Source: Neophaeotheca triangularis
Lineage: Eukaryota
Length of the DNA stretch: 64,000 bases
Direction: 5' to 3'
Assembly (NCBI GenBank): GCA_054600435.1
Contig: BAAIJX010000038.1
Span: 124,001 to 188,000 of the forward strand
The position numbers and the translations under genes were made by a program. This document shows positions 45,079 through 57,579 of the stretch, one piece after another (position 1 is the first letter of the stretch; every line of letters starts with the position of its first letter). The notes beneath the pieces are model-generated. The model did not search any database, had not been told where the DNA came from, and saw only the letters and a list, made by a program, of their open reading frames with translations.

Positions 45079-45363
45079 GCTCGCTCGTTTCTTCTTCTCT
45101 TCTATACTGTTGCGACGTGACGGACTCTTCCCTTTTCCCCTCGGCACTGATTCGACCGATCTGGCAGGGGCTTCTGTCCTGAGCGAATGGGGGGCCTGAT
45201 GTGAAGCGAAGCGAAGCGAAGCGAAGCGAAATCGACGAAAGAACCGAATTTTCTCGCGGATCGAAAGCGTGCTGGGCTTGGGCAATGCTGGATCTTCCTG
45301 GGGCGAGCGAGGCTCGACGTTTCTTTCTTCCTTCCTTCGAGCGGAGTGGCTAGGCTAGGCATG

Positions 45364-46020
45364 CTAGGTATGACTATGCGAGCTGGTATTCTTTTGAAAA
45401 AGATATCGACAGTTGTCCGTGTTTGCTGCTTTGAATTTTACACCAGAGGGTGGTGCCGGGGTTTCCCTGGTTCGAGGTAGGAGTATTTCAACTATGTGTC
45501 CATTGCTGCTGGTGATGGCGGCGATGTTGGCATGGTGGGCGGGTTCTTTGGTCTTTGAATCCATTATCTTACCTACGACTCGGAGCTCTGGACCTGAGGT
45601 GTAGCTTGAGTGGAGTTGGGTTTCGTATGCTCCTGTGCACGATTCTTTACTTCGTCTACAACTCGGCTTACTTTTCTGATGCTACTTTTCCGATGCTTCC
45701 TCGGTCACCTAGTTCATTTGTTTTAATTACCCATCTACCTTTCGTCTACCCTTCGTATACTAATCCGTACAGTTACTTCGTGTATGCTTCCTCTACCTCG
45801 TGCAACTTCCCTTGTCTACCCGATGTCTACCTTTTGCACGCTATATCATATACTTACTTCGTCTACACTTCGTCCATACAGTCTCAATAACCTGAAGAAC
45901 GAGGCTGGGGTAGTAAGAGTGGTATCCACGCCCAAAGAACAATTTCAAGAGACTTCCTGTCGCAAAGGTGAAGAGGATACGACCCAGAGAAACCACCGAA
46001 TCCTCATCAGGCTCGTCATG
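45364..46020 (-). pseudogene. Stop-riddled repetitive relic
   Basis: Degenerate TACTTCGTCTAC repeats at 45650-45880; many TAG/TAA on the minus strand. Confidence 0.3.
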
Positions 46021-46153
46021 AGCCGTTCATAAAAGCATGTCAATCGTAACAATATCTCCATACCACGCCTCAAGCCGCCCCATAACACCACCAGCAAAAC
46101 CACTCATACTTCAGATCCCTCCTTAGAGCTAACATCTTACGTCATACCACCCT

Positions 46154-48825
46154 CTACCCCATCAACCCCCCCTCCCCTCCCCACCTAGCCATCCCCCTCC
46201 TAACCTCCCCAACAATACTCCCCGCTTCCTCCCTCCCGCTAGCCTCGAAATCATACCTCTTGGTCTCCTTCTCCCTGTAGACCAACACCCGCACCATCTT
46301 CGGATGCTTGCGACTGACCTTGACCCCGACGACACTACTCATGTGCACGTTCGTGACTTTGCCTTGCGGCGGTCCCGTAGTTTCTTGCGTCGCCGGTAGT
46401 ATTTGCATGTACTCTGGCGAGATTATCAAGGTGCGCGGGTGGGAGGATGTGAAGGAGAGGGGTTGTTTGCGGATGACGTGGTAGCGTTTTCCCGCGTTTT
46501 CGGTCAGGGCGGGTGGGAGGGGGACGTGGGTGCCGGAGACGGGAGCGGCCGGGTGCGTGGTTATGTCTTGGTGGGAAGGTTTGGAAGTGTTGGTCGCGAG
46601 CGGGTGGAGGGTGAAGCCTTTTTTCTTTTTCGTCGGCGTTGTGCCGGTTGTGAGGAGCAGGGGCGCGTTGGGGGAGGTGCTGCCCGGAGAGCCTGCTAGT
46701 CCCAACCCGAACATCGTGTCCCCTCCTGCGAAGCGGCGGCGGGTTAGGTCGAGGTGCAGGCGCTCGCCGAGGGCTTCGACGGTGCGGTCGGCCGGGGCTA
46801 CGGTTTGGGTGCCGCGGACTTTGAGGACGTGGAGGGCTTTGTCGAGGTTTAGGCGTTTGCAGGCTTGGTCGAAGAGCTCGGCTATGTAGGTGTCGGAGGT
46901 GGTGGGGAGGGCGATGATGCTGGTTTGGAAGGATGAGGTGTCTGTGAAGTGGACGGTTACTGTCTTTGATGTGCCGGTGCGGGGTGTACTGTGGACCGCG
47001 GCTTGTTGGGGGATATCGAGGAGGTTGGAGCTGTCTTTGCGAAGGGCCGAAGGGGCGAAGGAAGGCCCGGTGATGGGGTTGCGATTGGGTATGACGCTTG
47101 GTGGAGGACCTTGCGGTGCGCCTTCTGAATCGGTACGTTGCATTGTTGAACCTGTCAGTCCGCGGTTGAGCTCAGGGCGTGGTGTTGGCAATTGCGGTGC
47201 GGCAGGAGAAGGCACGCCCAGTTCGGGGGTAAGCTCTTCGTTTTCCTTGAATTGCTCTTCAGTAGCTCGGACTAGGCCGAATTCATCCCAAGGTTTATCG
47301 CGCATGCGTCGTTGGGGTGGTCGATTGTTGTTGGAAGAGAAGTCTGTAACGGGCTTTGTCCGAACAAGCGCAGGAAAATCCATATCAACCTCTTCATCTT
47401 CTACCATACGCAAAGTCCAGCGGTTGATGTTGGCGTCTTGTTCGGAAAGAGGTGGTTGGTAGTCTTCCTCGTTGTATCGCCAAAGCGCAAGCCCGATAAG
47501 CTCGGCCACTGTCACTGGTGCTCCCTCCTTGGTACGCTTGATCGGCACCTGAAAGGGCTTGGTAGACTTCTCGGAGAAAGGGGCATAAATCTTAATCCAG
47601 AGAGGACTAGCCTCATCCTTTCCGGAAAGCTCAACATAACGTTGAAACGGCTTCTCGCCAGACCCGGCAGTCCCCCTCAGCATCTTTGAAAGCATGCTAA
47701 CAGGTTGCGCAATGCTCATCGGCCGCCCAGGTGGTAGCTTCGGAAGCTTCGGCAGGCTTTCCTTCCCTAGTTTTCGTGGCGAAGAATTGAGAGGCGTGAT
47801 TGGAGGCATCATATTCGCAGGGGGCTTCAATGGAGACGATCGCTCCATGCCATCCGAGACACCAATACCCAACCCAAGCAGCGAGCCAGAAGCATCGGCG
47901 CCCTCAAACTCATCCGACAGGTCGGACGCCTCGCCCACATCGTCATCGTCCAAATCGGAATCACCACCATCTCCATCTTGATCCTCTTCCTCTTGTATTC
48001 TCTCAGCAAGCTGTACGCTCTTGTTCCCCTGCCGCCCATGAGCTCTCCGCTTGAAGTGATTCGCATCCAGTTCAGCATCGCTCGACATTTCACTACTAGT
48101 AGTCGTATCCCTCCTCGCCCTCTGCTTCATAGTCTCGACAGCGCCCAAGCTCCCTCTCCTCAGCCCCTGCGTCTCCAAAGTGGGTGGCCGACTCGGGCTC
48201 GTAACCATCACAGCCGGGCCCTCTTCCCCAACCTGACGACCCGCGTCATTACTCGGCGAAGACCTCGAACGTTCCCTCACAGGCATTTTGCTAAATTTGA
48301 TCTGCTGAGCAGCGCGTTTATCGTCATCGTCACTGTCATCCGAGAGGTCGCTACTATCCTCCTCTTCCAGCTGCTCTTTCCTGCGCCGTCTCTTTTGCTC
48401 GTGAGAGAGTCCCAAAGCTCCAATAGTGTCCTCGCTACCCCTGTGCCCCGTCACCATTCCGCCGCCCGCGACTTCGGCATCATCGTCAGCTAGCGGGAGC
48501 CCGGCGGATCGTTGCGGCGCTTGGAAGTAGTCGGTGGCTATGGAAGCCGTGGGTATGGGCGGGGAGTAGCATCTTTTGCTCGCGGCCACATCTGGTATCC
48601 ATCCAGCGGCGCGAAAGCCCGGATCGTTTAGAACAGAACTGTTGAGGGTTATTAGGCGCTCGCCAACGCCATCCTGGATGTTGTTCAGGTAGCCGAGACG
48701 GAGCTGGTAGACGGCGAAGCTGGCGTTGTTGTCAGCAAACTCATCCCTGGTGTAGCGGTCCATGTCTGTGTTGACGATGGCCTTGAGGAGGGAGCTTCGC
48801 ACTCTTCGTTTGTAAGGAGAGACAT
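46154..48825 (-). CDS. sin1: TORC2 subunit Sin1/Avo1
   Basis: MSLLTNE/DFAVYQLR via intron 48802-48720. CRIM domain (ELIGLALWRY..WTLRMVEDEEVDMDFP) and C-terminal PH (ETKRYDFEA). Confidence 0.93.
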
Positions 48826-49428
48826 GTCGTCGATGCTCGGTGCTGTATGTGCCCTGTTGAGTAGAAGATTGGTGGCCCAGCCCTACCGATATATGTGTGT
48901 ACCCTTAGTCGCGGTGCTGTACGATGTCCATCATTTAGGCGGCACCGTCTCCGAATGGTCAGGATGCAGACGTGTATTATGCATCATTGGATGATTTACC
49001 TTGCCTTAATCCGGCTCTGTCACATGCATATGCGCTGTAAATCGTCATCTTCATGATGGAGGTCAGGGCAAGGTTTAAGTTATGCACGTGCGGCTGCATC
49101 GGCGGGGAAATGCGGATGATCCCGGTGCTAGCGAGTGAGTGAAGTTCAAAACGGCTGCGGCCTACCTAGCAGCCTTACTTCACCCTCCGTGCTGTCCTCC
49201 ATTATTGCTTAGTCGTAGAGTTGCACTTGACTGTGTCTGCTCAACTACTGTTCACGACAACAACAAAGTCATTCCTTATTCTCAATAATCTAATCTGAAC
49301 TCCACCGCCGACCACGACACTACTTACCCAGCCAATTCGGCAATTACCTCTGATCGCCCAAGCAAGCAAGCCATCAAAACCACATCACCTCTTCTGTATC
49401 AACAACACCACCCTTTTCAAACCCAACC

Positions 49429-50850
49429 ATGGCCGACCTCGCTGCCCTCCTCCTGCGCACCACCGCCCGCGCCTTCTACAGCACCGAACACATCCTCGTA
49501 ATCGACGCTCTAATCCTCCACTCCACCCTGCAAGACTCAGACCTCGCACACCTCCTCGGCATGCAAACCAAACACCTCCGCAAACTCTGCGGCAAACTAC
49601 GCGAAGACGGACTATTGTCAGTGCAATCCCGCGCCGAGCGACGGGCAGACGGCACAGGATCATACTACGGCGGAGCACCGGGAGCAGGCGGCCGGGAACG
49701 GTTGACCCACCGGGATTGGTACTACCTGAACTTCCATCGCGCGATCGATAGCATCAAGTTCCGGATTCACAAGCTGAATCGGCGCATAGAGGCTACGGCG
49801 GCACCTACGACGGTGAAGAAGGACTTGTGCTGTCCGCGGTGCAAGAGCGAGTATACCGAGTTGGAGGTGTTGGATAACATCGATTCCTTGACGGGGGGGT
49901 TTATGTGTCATAAATGCGGGCATGAGCTGAAAGATGTGGATGAGAGCACCAGGGCGAATGAGGATGAGGGGATGAAGAGGTTGAATTCGCAACTAGAGAG
50001 GATGCTGGGGTTGATGAAGCGGATTGATGCGACTTCTGTGCCTGAAAATGATTTTGAGATGGCATTGAGTAAGCAGAAACCTATCAAGAGGCCCGAGGAG
50101 CATCCTGGTGCCAGGATGGAGGTTGTTGATTTGCCTGGCGGGCGGGGTAGTTTGCAAAGTGTTAAGGGATTGGAGGTTAAGCCGGAGAAGATTGCGATTA
50201 GTCTGCAGGATGATGAGACGGTTCGGAAAGAGGCGGAGGCGGAAGAGGCAAGAGTCAGGAGAGAGGCAGAAGCGAGGGCGAATGCGTTGCCTGAATGGAT
50301 TAGTAAGAGTACGGTTAGTGGCGATATTACGGCTGTTGGGGCGAAGGAAGAGAGGTTAAGAAGGGAGCGGGAAGCGCATGCAGGGGTTGTTGTGGAAAAG
50401 ACTGAGGAGGACACGAAGGCGGAGGTCAAGGATGCTGCTGGTCAGGACGACGAAATGGAGGCTTATTGGGCAGAGCTGCGGCAAGCGAACGCTGAAGCCG
50501 CGGCGAAGCAGAGGGAGGAGGATGAAGAAGATGAAGAGGAGGACGACGAGGATGAGGCTGATTTTGAGGATGTAGCTGGTCTGGAAACGGCAAATGCTAC
50601 GCCAGCTCTTCCCACGGATGTCTCCAGGGACGAACCTAGCACTGGCGTCAATAGCAGTAATGCCACCGACGACGAGAGGGATGCAAAGAAGCCGAGACTT
50701 GGCGACGCTCCTACATCAGGTGGACAGTCAGCCGATTCAGTGGCTTCTGGCGAGCAAAAGAATGGGACTGCGCCTGTTGAACGCGCAGAAGACACCCCAG
50801 CGGCTAGCGACGAAGATGAGGATGAGCTGCAGTTCGAGGACGTGTCATGA
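49429..50850 (+). CDS. tfa1: TFIIE alpha subunit
   Basis: Winged-helix N-terminus (ARAFY), CPRC..CHKC zinc ribbon, NALPEWI, acidic FEDV tail. Confidence 0.95.
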   Translation: MADLAALLLRTTARAFYSTEHILVIDALILHSTLQDSDLAHLLGMQTKHLRKLCGKLREDGLLSVQSRAERRADGTGSYYGGAPGAGGRERLTHRDWYYLNFHRAIDSIKFRIHKLNRRIEATAAPTTVKKDLCCPRCKSEYTELEVLDNIDSLTGGFMCHKCGHELKDVDESTRANEDEGMKRLNSQLERMLGLMKRIDATSVPENDFEMALSKQKPIKRPEEHPGARMEVVDLPGGRGSLQSVKGLEVKPEKIAISLQDDETVRKEAEAEEARVRREAEARANALPEWISKSTVSGDITAVGAKEERLRREREAHAGVVVEKTEEDTKAEVKDAAGQDDEMEAYWAELRQANAEAAAKQREEDEEDEEEDDEDEADFEDVAGLETANATPALPTDVSRDEPSTGVNSSNATDDERDAKKPRLGDAPTSGGQSADSVASGEQKNGTAPVERAEDTPAASDEDEDELQFEDVS

Positions 50851-51004
50851 GGTGCATAGTAGCCCAGCATTTCGTCATGATTTCCTAATTTGAGCGAGGC
50901 GTCTGGCGTTTTGCAGAAGTTGACTGCCTTATCAAAGATCGCAGCAATGTAACAGTACAATGTTTACAACTGTACAACATCAACATGTTTGTACAACCTC
51001 CCCA

Positions 51005-51850
51005 TCATATCCCAGGCAACCCCGTCCCAACCCTTTGCCTATAACCCACATACTCGTCCCCAAAAAACTGCACCAACGTCCTCTCCTCGCCCTCAATCCT
51101 CTTGCGAAAAAACCCCCACAACACAAACGCATACCCCACCAGACTCAATTTATTCCCAACCAGCATCTGCGTACCCAACGCCCAGTAAAAGAAGCCAAAG
51201 TACGCCGGATGCCTTAGCCACCCATAAACCCCTCGCGTAACCAACACATGCCCCTCGCGATACGTCCGCGCAAGCGTGTGATTGAAATTGGAACCCGCTT
51301 GCGCCATGGCCAGACTCCGGACGCTTTGGCCTACGGCGACGAGCGCGAGACCCAAGAGTATAGTGACCCTGTTACTGGTGTGGTAGAGCAGTTGCCGCGG
51401 GTAAAAGCATGAGAGCACGATCTCGATGGTCGCGACGCAGTGCGCGACGTTGTAGGCGCGGCCGTTGCTGTAGAGGAGGAAACTGGAAGCTCGGGCTGCA
51501 GAGGGGTTGTAGGTGGCCGTTGTGTGGAATTCCAGGTAGTGGAAGGTGCTGAGGCAGGCGAAGAAGGCGGGGAGGCGCCACCAGGGGGTGCGGGAGAGGT
51601 TGTGGGTCAAAAGGAGGCTGGTTGCTAGCGTTAAGCCGAGGAGGAAGGCTTGGAAGGCGATGTGGGAGAGGGAGCGTGGGCCGGTCGGGTCGAGGGTTGG
51701 ATCGAAGGGAATGGGGAGGGAAGAGGAGGAGCGGCGCTTGGGTGGTTGAGTCGGGGAGGAGACTGGCGGTGGTGGTGAGGCGGGAGGGAGATGTGGTTGA
51801 GGTGGTGCCCCGTTCGTTTGCGCGCTGGACGACGCTGAGAGGCGTGCCAT
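51005..51850 (-). CDS. ste14: Isoprenylcysteine carboxyl methyltransferase
   Basis: NFNH..HVLVTRGVYGWLRHPAYFGFFYW..RIEGEE motifs. Confidence 0.95.
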   Translation of the reverse strand: MARLSASSSAQTNGAPPQPHLPPASPPPPVSSPTQPPKRRSSSSLPIPFDPTLDPTGPRSLSHIAFQAFLLGLTLATSLLLTHNLSRTPWWRLPAFFACLSTFHYLEFHTTATYNPSAARASSFLLYSNGRAYNVAHCVATIEIVLSCFYPRQLLYHTSNRVTILLGLALVAVGQSVRSLAMAQAGSNFNHTLARTYREGHVLVTRGVYGWLRHPAYFGFFYWALGTQMLVGNKLSLVGYAFVLWGFFRKRIEGEERTLVQFFGDEYVGYRQRVGTGLPGI

Positions 51851-52177
51851 GGTCGCGGGGCGGCGGTGAAGACGTCGAGGTCAAGGCTGCACTCTCGTGC
51901 AATCACGGTGGTGACTTATAGCATATTGACGAAAGGGGTTGCAGTCGAAGCCGTGGATGTATCGTTCTCCCTGTCGCGTGTTTAGTGCTGACATTCACTT
52001 TGGGGTAGTCGCTGCTGCGTCATTGGTGAGGCTCTGCGGAAAAGTGGGGGCTGCTGCAGGTGCCCGTCTTTCACATGTCAATCTCGATATGTACCTTGCC
52101 TTTGACTGATACCTCACAACAATCTTCTCCTCTTCCCTCTTCCTCTTCAAGACGGCGATTAAAGATCAGAGTCGCTA

Positions 52178-53500
52178 ATGCCGTCCATATCGGACTCGCG
52201 ACAACGCGTCGCGAGCTCACTTCAGCAGCCCATACCCCCAGACGTAGTAGACCACGATTCAATCCTGAACAGCCTCGAAGCGGAAATAGAGAAACATAAC
52301 GAGGCCAAGCGAAGAGCCGAAGATGACCTCCAAGGCCGTCGCAAGAAGAAGCAAGCGCGATACGAAGAGCGCGAGAGCCGCCGCGAGCGCCATGCACAAG
52401 ACTACGGCGACCTGCTCACCCATCCACGCCTTCCACGCAGCCTCCGCTCCAAGCTCGAAACAGGCGAACGCCTAAGCCGCGGCGACAAAGACGACCTGTC
52501 AGACCTCAGACGCTCCGACAACGTGCAAGCCAAATTTGGTCCCTCCGCAACCCAGAGCCGTCCCAGCGGAAAGCGAAAACGGCGAAAACGCAGCCCAAGC
52601 ACACCTGTCTCCCCTGAACCAGGTGAGCCTGCAGCCGCAGCCGCCCACCCATTCCCTCGCGAACCGGAACAAGACACCGCTCCCTCTGACCGCGAAGCTT
52701 TTCGCACAGCTCTCTTCGACGCCCTCGCCGATGAAGAACAGGCCGATTACTGGCAGGCAGCCTATGGACAACCAATCCACGTCTATGAGCGGCCTTCTGT
52801 TCCAAAGGGGCCTAAAGGGGAATTGGAAGAAATGGGCGATGAGGAGTATGCGGCGTTCGTAAGGGAGAAGATGTTCGAGAAGCAGCACCCGGAGGTTGTG
52901 TGGGAGAGGGAGAGGGAGGGGAAGAGGCGGAAAGAGAAGGAGGAGAGGGAGAAAGCAGAGAGGGAGGCCTATGTACGGAAAAAGCGGCAGGAGAGGTGGA
53001 AGCGGGATAGTGGCTGGAAGGGTGGGGAGAATGACGAGGAGAGGGATGACGAGGACGACGCGTGGGATCGCTACGAGCACGCTTTCGCAGGGGAAGTGCC
53101 GATGGAGAGGGAGAGGAGTGGGGTTGATTGGACTGCTTTGTGGAAGACATATCAGGAAATGTGGGACACGCTCAAAGAGCGCGTCAAGACCGGCGAGCCC
53201 GGGGATTTGCAAATGCCATGGCCAACAAGGAAGATCTTGAGTGCTAACAAGAAGGCCTCAAACCCGGATGAAACGGTCACGCATGAAGATGTGCAGACTT
53301 TCATGCGCCAGATGCCTCTCCAAGGTGACGAGTCCAGACCTCGCATACTAAAGTCTGAGCGAGCGCGCTGGCATCCGGATAAGATGGTGCGCGTGCTTGG
53401 TGCGCTTGGTGAAGACAGCGCGAAAGCTGTCGAAGAGGCTGCCAAGACAGTGTATATTGCTATTGACCAGCTTATCGACGAAGAGAAGGCGAAAGGATGA
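52178..53500 (+). CDS. Charged protein with C-terminal RWHPDK (NFKBIL1/J-domain-like) region
   Basis: 440-aa ORF with MPWP..ERARWHPDK and AYGQPIH motifs. Confidence 0.75.
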   Translation: MPSISDSRQRVASSLQQPIPPDVVDHDSILNSLEAEIEKHNEAKRRAEDDLQGRRKKKQARYEERESRRERHAQDYGDLLTHPRLPRSLRSKLETGERLSRGDKDDLSDLRRSDNVQAKFGPSATQSRPSGKRKRRKRSPSTPVSPEPGEPAAAAAHPFPREPEQDTAPSDREAFRTALFDALADEEQADYWQAAYGQPIHVYERPSVPKGPKGELEEMGDEEYAAFVREKMFEKQHPEVVWEREREGKRRKEKEEREKAEREAYVRKKRQERWKRDSGWKGGENDEERDDEDDAWDRYEHAFAGEVPMERERSGVDWTALWKTYQEMWDTLKERVKTGEPGDLQMPWPTRKILSANKKASNPDETVTHEDVQTFMRQMPLQGDESRPRILKSERARWHPDKMVRVLGALGEDSAKAVEEAAKTVYIAIDQLIDEEKAKG

Positions 53501-54672
53501 TGCGTGTGCCTATGTAAGCCGCGACTGTTCAACCGATACACAAACGCCCGAAACGTTTTGATCAATCGGCCGAGAACGAGCGAAAAAAGCCATGGATGCC
53601 GTTCTTGATTCTTTGGCAGCGAGACTTGCCAAATCCAGCACGACAGGCCGCCTTCCAGCGCCAAAACCCCATGACATTGACGCCTTCCACGCCATGTCTC
53701 TACCAACTGAGGTACCTTACTCAAAACAAAAGTCTTTCTAATTGAGTGTAGGAATCTTCGCGATGTTCGCTAGAGGCATTGACGGACCTAGAGTTGCAAA
53801 CCGTAGCGGTGGCCGGCGCTGTTAACATTTTGGTCTTTACCTTAGCTATGACAGCTCTAGCTTAATACAATAGATAAAAAGTCTCGATACACATCCACGT
53901 CTGTCGTATGGGTAGTTTTGGCAGCTGAAGAAAATCGCACCGATCAAGTAGAAGAGCGTACTACTGTGTACCTACTAGTCTCTAGTATATGCACAAAGTC
54001 CATACAGCCCCGTCATCTGTCGATCCGCCCTTGTCCGTATCATCCAGCTTCGCCCGAAAGCACACCAATTCTCCATCCACAACTCAAGAGACCGACAATA
54101 CAGTAGTGCTTTGCTCCACTTCTACACAAAAACGAAGCTTTCCGAACCGCCAGACTCCAAACCATCCACGGCTAACCACGCATCTAGAAACCTACAGTAG
54201 CTCATGCTCAGCCTCACCAAAAGCCGGGTTTATTTCGTAGCCCGCAAGGCTTGCCACGGCGGATGTAATTTGCAAATACTCATCAACCGCCTCGCCTTGT
54301 TCTTCTTCCAGCCAAGTGGCACACGGATCAGAAAGCAACAACAAAGAAAAAAGGCCAGACATCAAGCAAGGGATGAGATTCTTGTGTTTTCCGCCTTAAC
54401 ACGCCTGCCATGGCGTAAACATACAGACTCAACTTCGGGAGGTGGTGGGTTGTGCATTGCGTCTGTGGGGTGCATTACAGGACATTAACTGCATGTCGGT
54501 GTTTTATTATTTGTTGACAACAACCCTGCAAGAGTAAGGTCGTAGGTATATATCCATAGTGAAAGCCCATGTCTTGCGCTGGTACATGTCGGAGTCGTCG
54601 TGATCGTTCATCTCTCTGCATTCCGCTATGTAATCGCTTCGCTCCCCTCCATTCATCGACCATTCATCCACA

Positions 54673-55629
54673 ATGTCCGACCGGAGATACCGCACCGAGC
54701 GCCCGCAATTCCCTCTACCCATTCCTGCTCGCTTTCTGGAACCTCACAAACACCGCTTTCAAGACTGCGAAGACGATGCCGAAGCCCAGTGGAAAACGAA
54801 CCCAGCTACCAAATCCGCACAGCGAACTAGCGTCTGGAAATGGGCGCTTCTACTCTTCGCCGTTTGCGTTCTTCAAGTGGGAGTTTACGGCTTCCTCTCG
54901 TTTCACACCTTGTCTTTGGCGTCGAAATCAAATCGCGCCACTGCTTCGGAAGGCGGCTTTGGGGCGGCATCGTCGGTTATCGCTTCGAGTCCAACGACGG
55001 AAAATATTGCGTCTTCGAGTCCCATCGGAGCGATGGTGCCGCCCTCGTAGAAGGGATCGTATCCCATCGGCGCAATCGTGGGTGATGGTGGCGCCCGGAC
55101 TCCTTCGACCGAGAGAATCGTTTGCGAGACCTCCTGTCTCTTGCGTACCTGGATGGGTTGCCTGGGCGCTCGGCTAGCAGACTCGTCCACAGTGGCGAGA
55201 ATGAACGATCTCCCAGGTCCATTGGTTCGCCATTGCGGAGAGAGCAAGGGACCTGGGTGGTTGGAAGAGAGGGACGTTGGCATCGATGCTGCAGCGCCGA
55301 GTCGCTCGTCGAAGATGCAAGGACGGTGGGTGTCTCACTTCGAACCTCCGGCGTCGATCCCACTTCACGTCTCGGAATGGATCAGGTGGATACCCGTAAC
55401 CTATTGAGTCGGTGTGTTGTCGCAACTCGGAGCGCTTGCATCCCGCAGAAAATCCACGGAGATCGATTTGAGGTCATTTGCCCAATTCATCGAACGCAAG
55501 TCAATCGAGCAAAAACTGCGCATTCACGCTACGCAGCTATTCGAAGGGATGTGCGTCATTCAGGTTCCCGGAAGAGGCTTTAAGCTTGTTTGGAAGCCGC
55601 GGTTCGCAAGGGGAAGAAGGGGCTTGTAA
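54673..55629 (+). pseudogene. Single-TM orphan ORF interrupted by two in-frame stops
   Basis: ORFs 54673..55050, 55078..55407 and 55414..55629 share one frame. Confidence 0.35.
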
Positions 55630-56139
55630 TGAGGGAGCGATATGGTTCTATCGAGAGACGCGTATGTGGGGATAGGATTGACCAAAGTCTCATGACCGAA
55701 GGCTCGAAAAGCATTGTTTTACGCGGTACTTTCCAATTCGAGGCGAAGACGCTTTCCTGGTGCACACTAGGTGCCCTAGTACTTAATGTGTTCTCTGTTC
55801 ATTTTCTGCTGTCGCTTAGATTCTGGCAGATCGAGGAGGTAGGGATATCTGTCAGCGGGGTTACGACTGGTTTCGGACGACAGCTAATGGCCATGGAGCT
55901 CAGGGCGTAGATTCTATGATATGAAGGGTCCTGCGACGGCGCGTCTGCTCCCATTGAAGACCTAACGTTGGCCCAGTTTTCGTCGAAAGGTTACCGTCAT
56001 GCATTTTGGTGTCGTCCTCACAAGCTGGTGTTCTGTTCTGAGCCGAGCGCCCGTAGCGAAGTCGTGCTGCTACGACCAGTGGACTCTTGGTACGGAAAGT
56101 CGATATGGACACCGTCGAACAATCCAGCCAGCTGCCCCC

Positions 56140-56984
56140 TCATGATCGCTTGGCCTCATCTCGTTTGAGAGCATCAAGAGCACCGCTCGTGACTGCTGCA
56201 TTAGTATTACGAGGTACGTCCTTGATATATCTTGCCGGGTTGCCAGCTACGACCGTATAGGGCGCCACGTCCTGGCAAGAAGTCAGTATGCTGGAGGACT
56301 CTCACAGCTCATACATAAACCAAGCCCTGAGAGCGGGGCAGTGAAGAAAGACAAACCTTAGTAACTACAGACCCGGCCCCAACAGTCGCCCCATCTCCAA
56401 TCTTGACCCCAGGGCAAACACAAACACTCCCACAAATCCAGACGTCCTGGCCAACATCAATCTCGCCGCCACCTTCGGGCCCCTGGGTGCCATTTCTGAC
56501 TTCTGGATCCAAAGGATGCGTTCCGGCGTAAAGCGAGACATTTGGCCCGATCAAGGTCCTGGAACCGATGCGTACCTTGCAAGTATCGAGGCAGATGAAG
56601 TTGGCGTTGATGTAGACGTTCTCGCCGAGCTGGAGGTTTGTCCCATAGTCGACGCGGATGGGCGTTTCGATCCAGGGGTAGGAAGATAGTTGGTTCTCGT
56701 CTGTTTCCGGGTCGGAAGCAGGTGGAGGGAGGGGCTGGCGGTTGTTGACGATGCTGAGACAGGATGTCGGTTTTAGTGAAGGAGGGTGAAGGATTGGTTT
56801 GGGCTTTGATTTACTTATTCCACAGTTCGATTTGTTGACGTCGGGGGAGTTCGCCCGCGTTGTTGTAGGCTTGAACGGCTTTGTTGCAACGACGGCGAGC
56901 GGCGATGAGTTCTGGCGTGAATGCATAGTAGAGATCACCACGAAGAGCGCGGGTCTGGTTCTCCGACATTGTGCTCTCATTCAT
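56140..56984 (-). CDS. Maltose/galactoside O-acetyltransferase (hexapeptide repeat)
   Basis: GDLYYAFTPEL, DYGTN..GENVYINAN, GAGSVVTK/DV..VAGNPAR; two introns. Confidence 0.92.
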
Positions 56985-57579
56985 GGTGTACTAGCAGGGG
57001 TAGGAGAAAAAGAAGACTATTAAGCTTGCAACAAAAACTCTTGCTGCTCTGTATTGCTGGGGGAGGAAGATGTTTACACGGCTCAAGTATGGACGTTATA
57101 TACCCAATCTCTTGGCAGCGGTGGAAACACTTGTCAGGTATTTAAGGGGCAGGTAAGGTAGTACTGGCGGTAGTGGTAATGAAGGTTGGTTGTGAGAAGA
57201 CGGGTGACTACATATGGGTATTTAGGTAGGCAGGGATGTTCAACAAGCGGTCCTACCTCTTTCGGACACGCCGCTGTCGGGGAAAGCGACAGCAGCGAAA
57301 AGGCGAGGTAAAGTACAGTGCCTGCGTCTACGCGGCGTTCAAGGTAGCATGGAATGCGGTGATGGTATCGCGTGCCAAACCCAAATGGCTTGAAAAGGAC
57401 ATGGTCAGAATGCTACAAAGATTTGGGTGTACGTATTAGTAGTTCGAGTACAGTAAGAGGTACCTAGGTTGAGGGGTCGCTGTAAGTGAATTGTCAGCCT
57501 CAGGCTGCCAACCTCAATCTCGCACTTCATGTCTCGCCGCACCTTCCCCGATACAACCTTTGACCGACCAAACAACACC

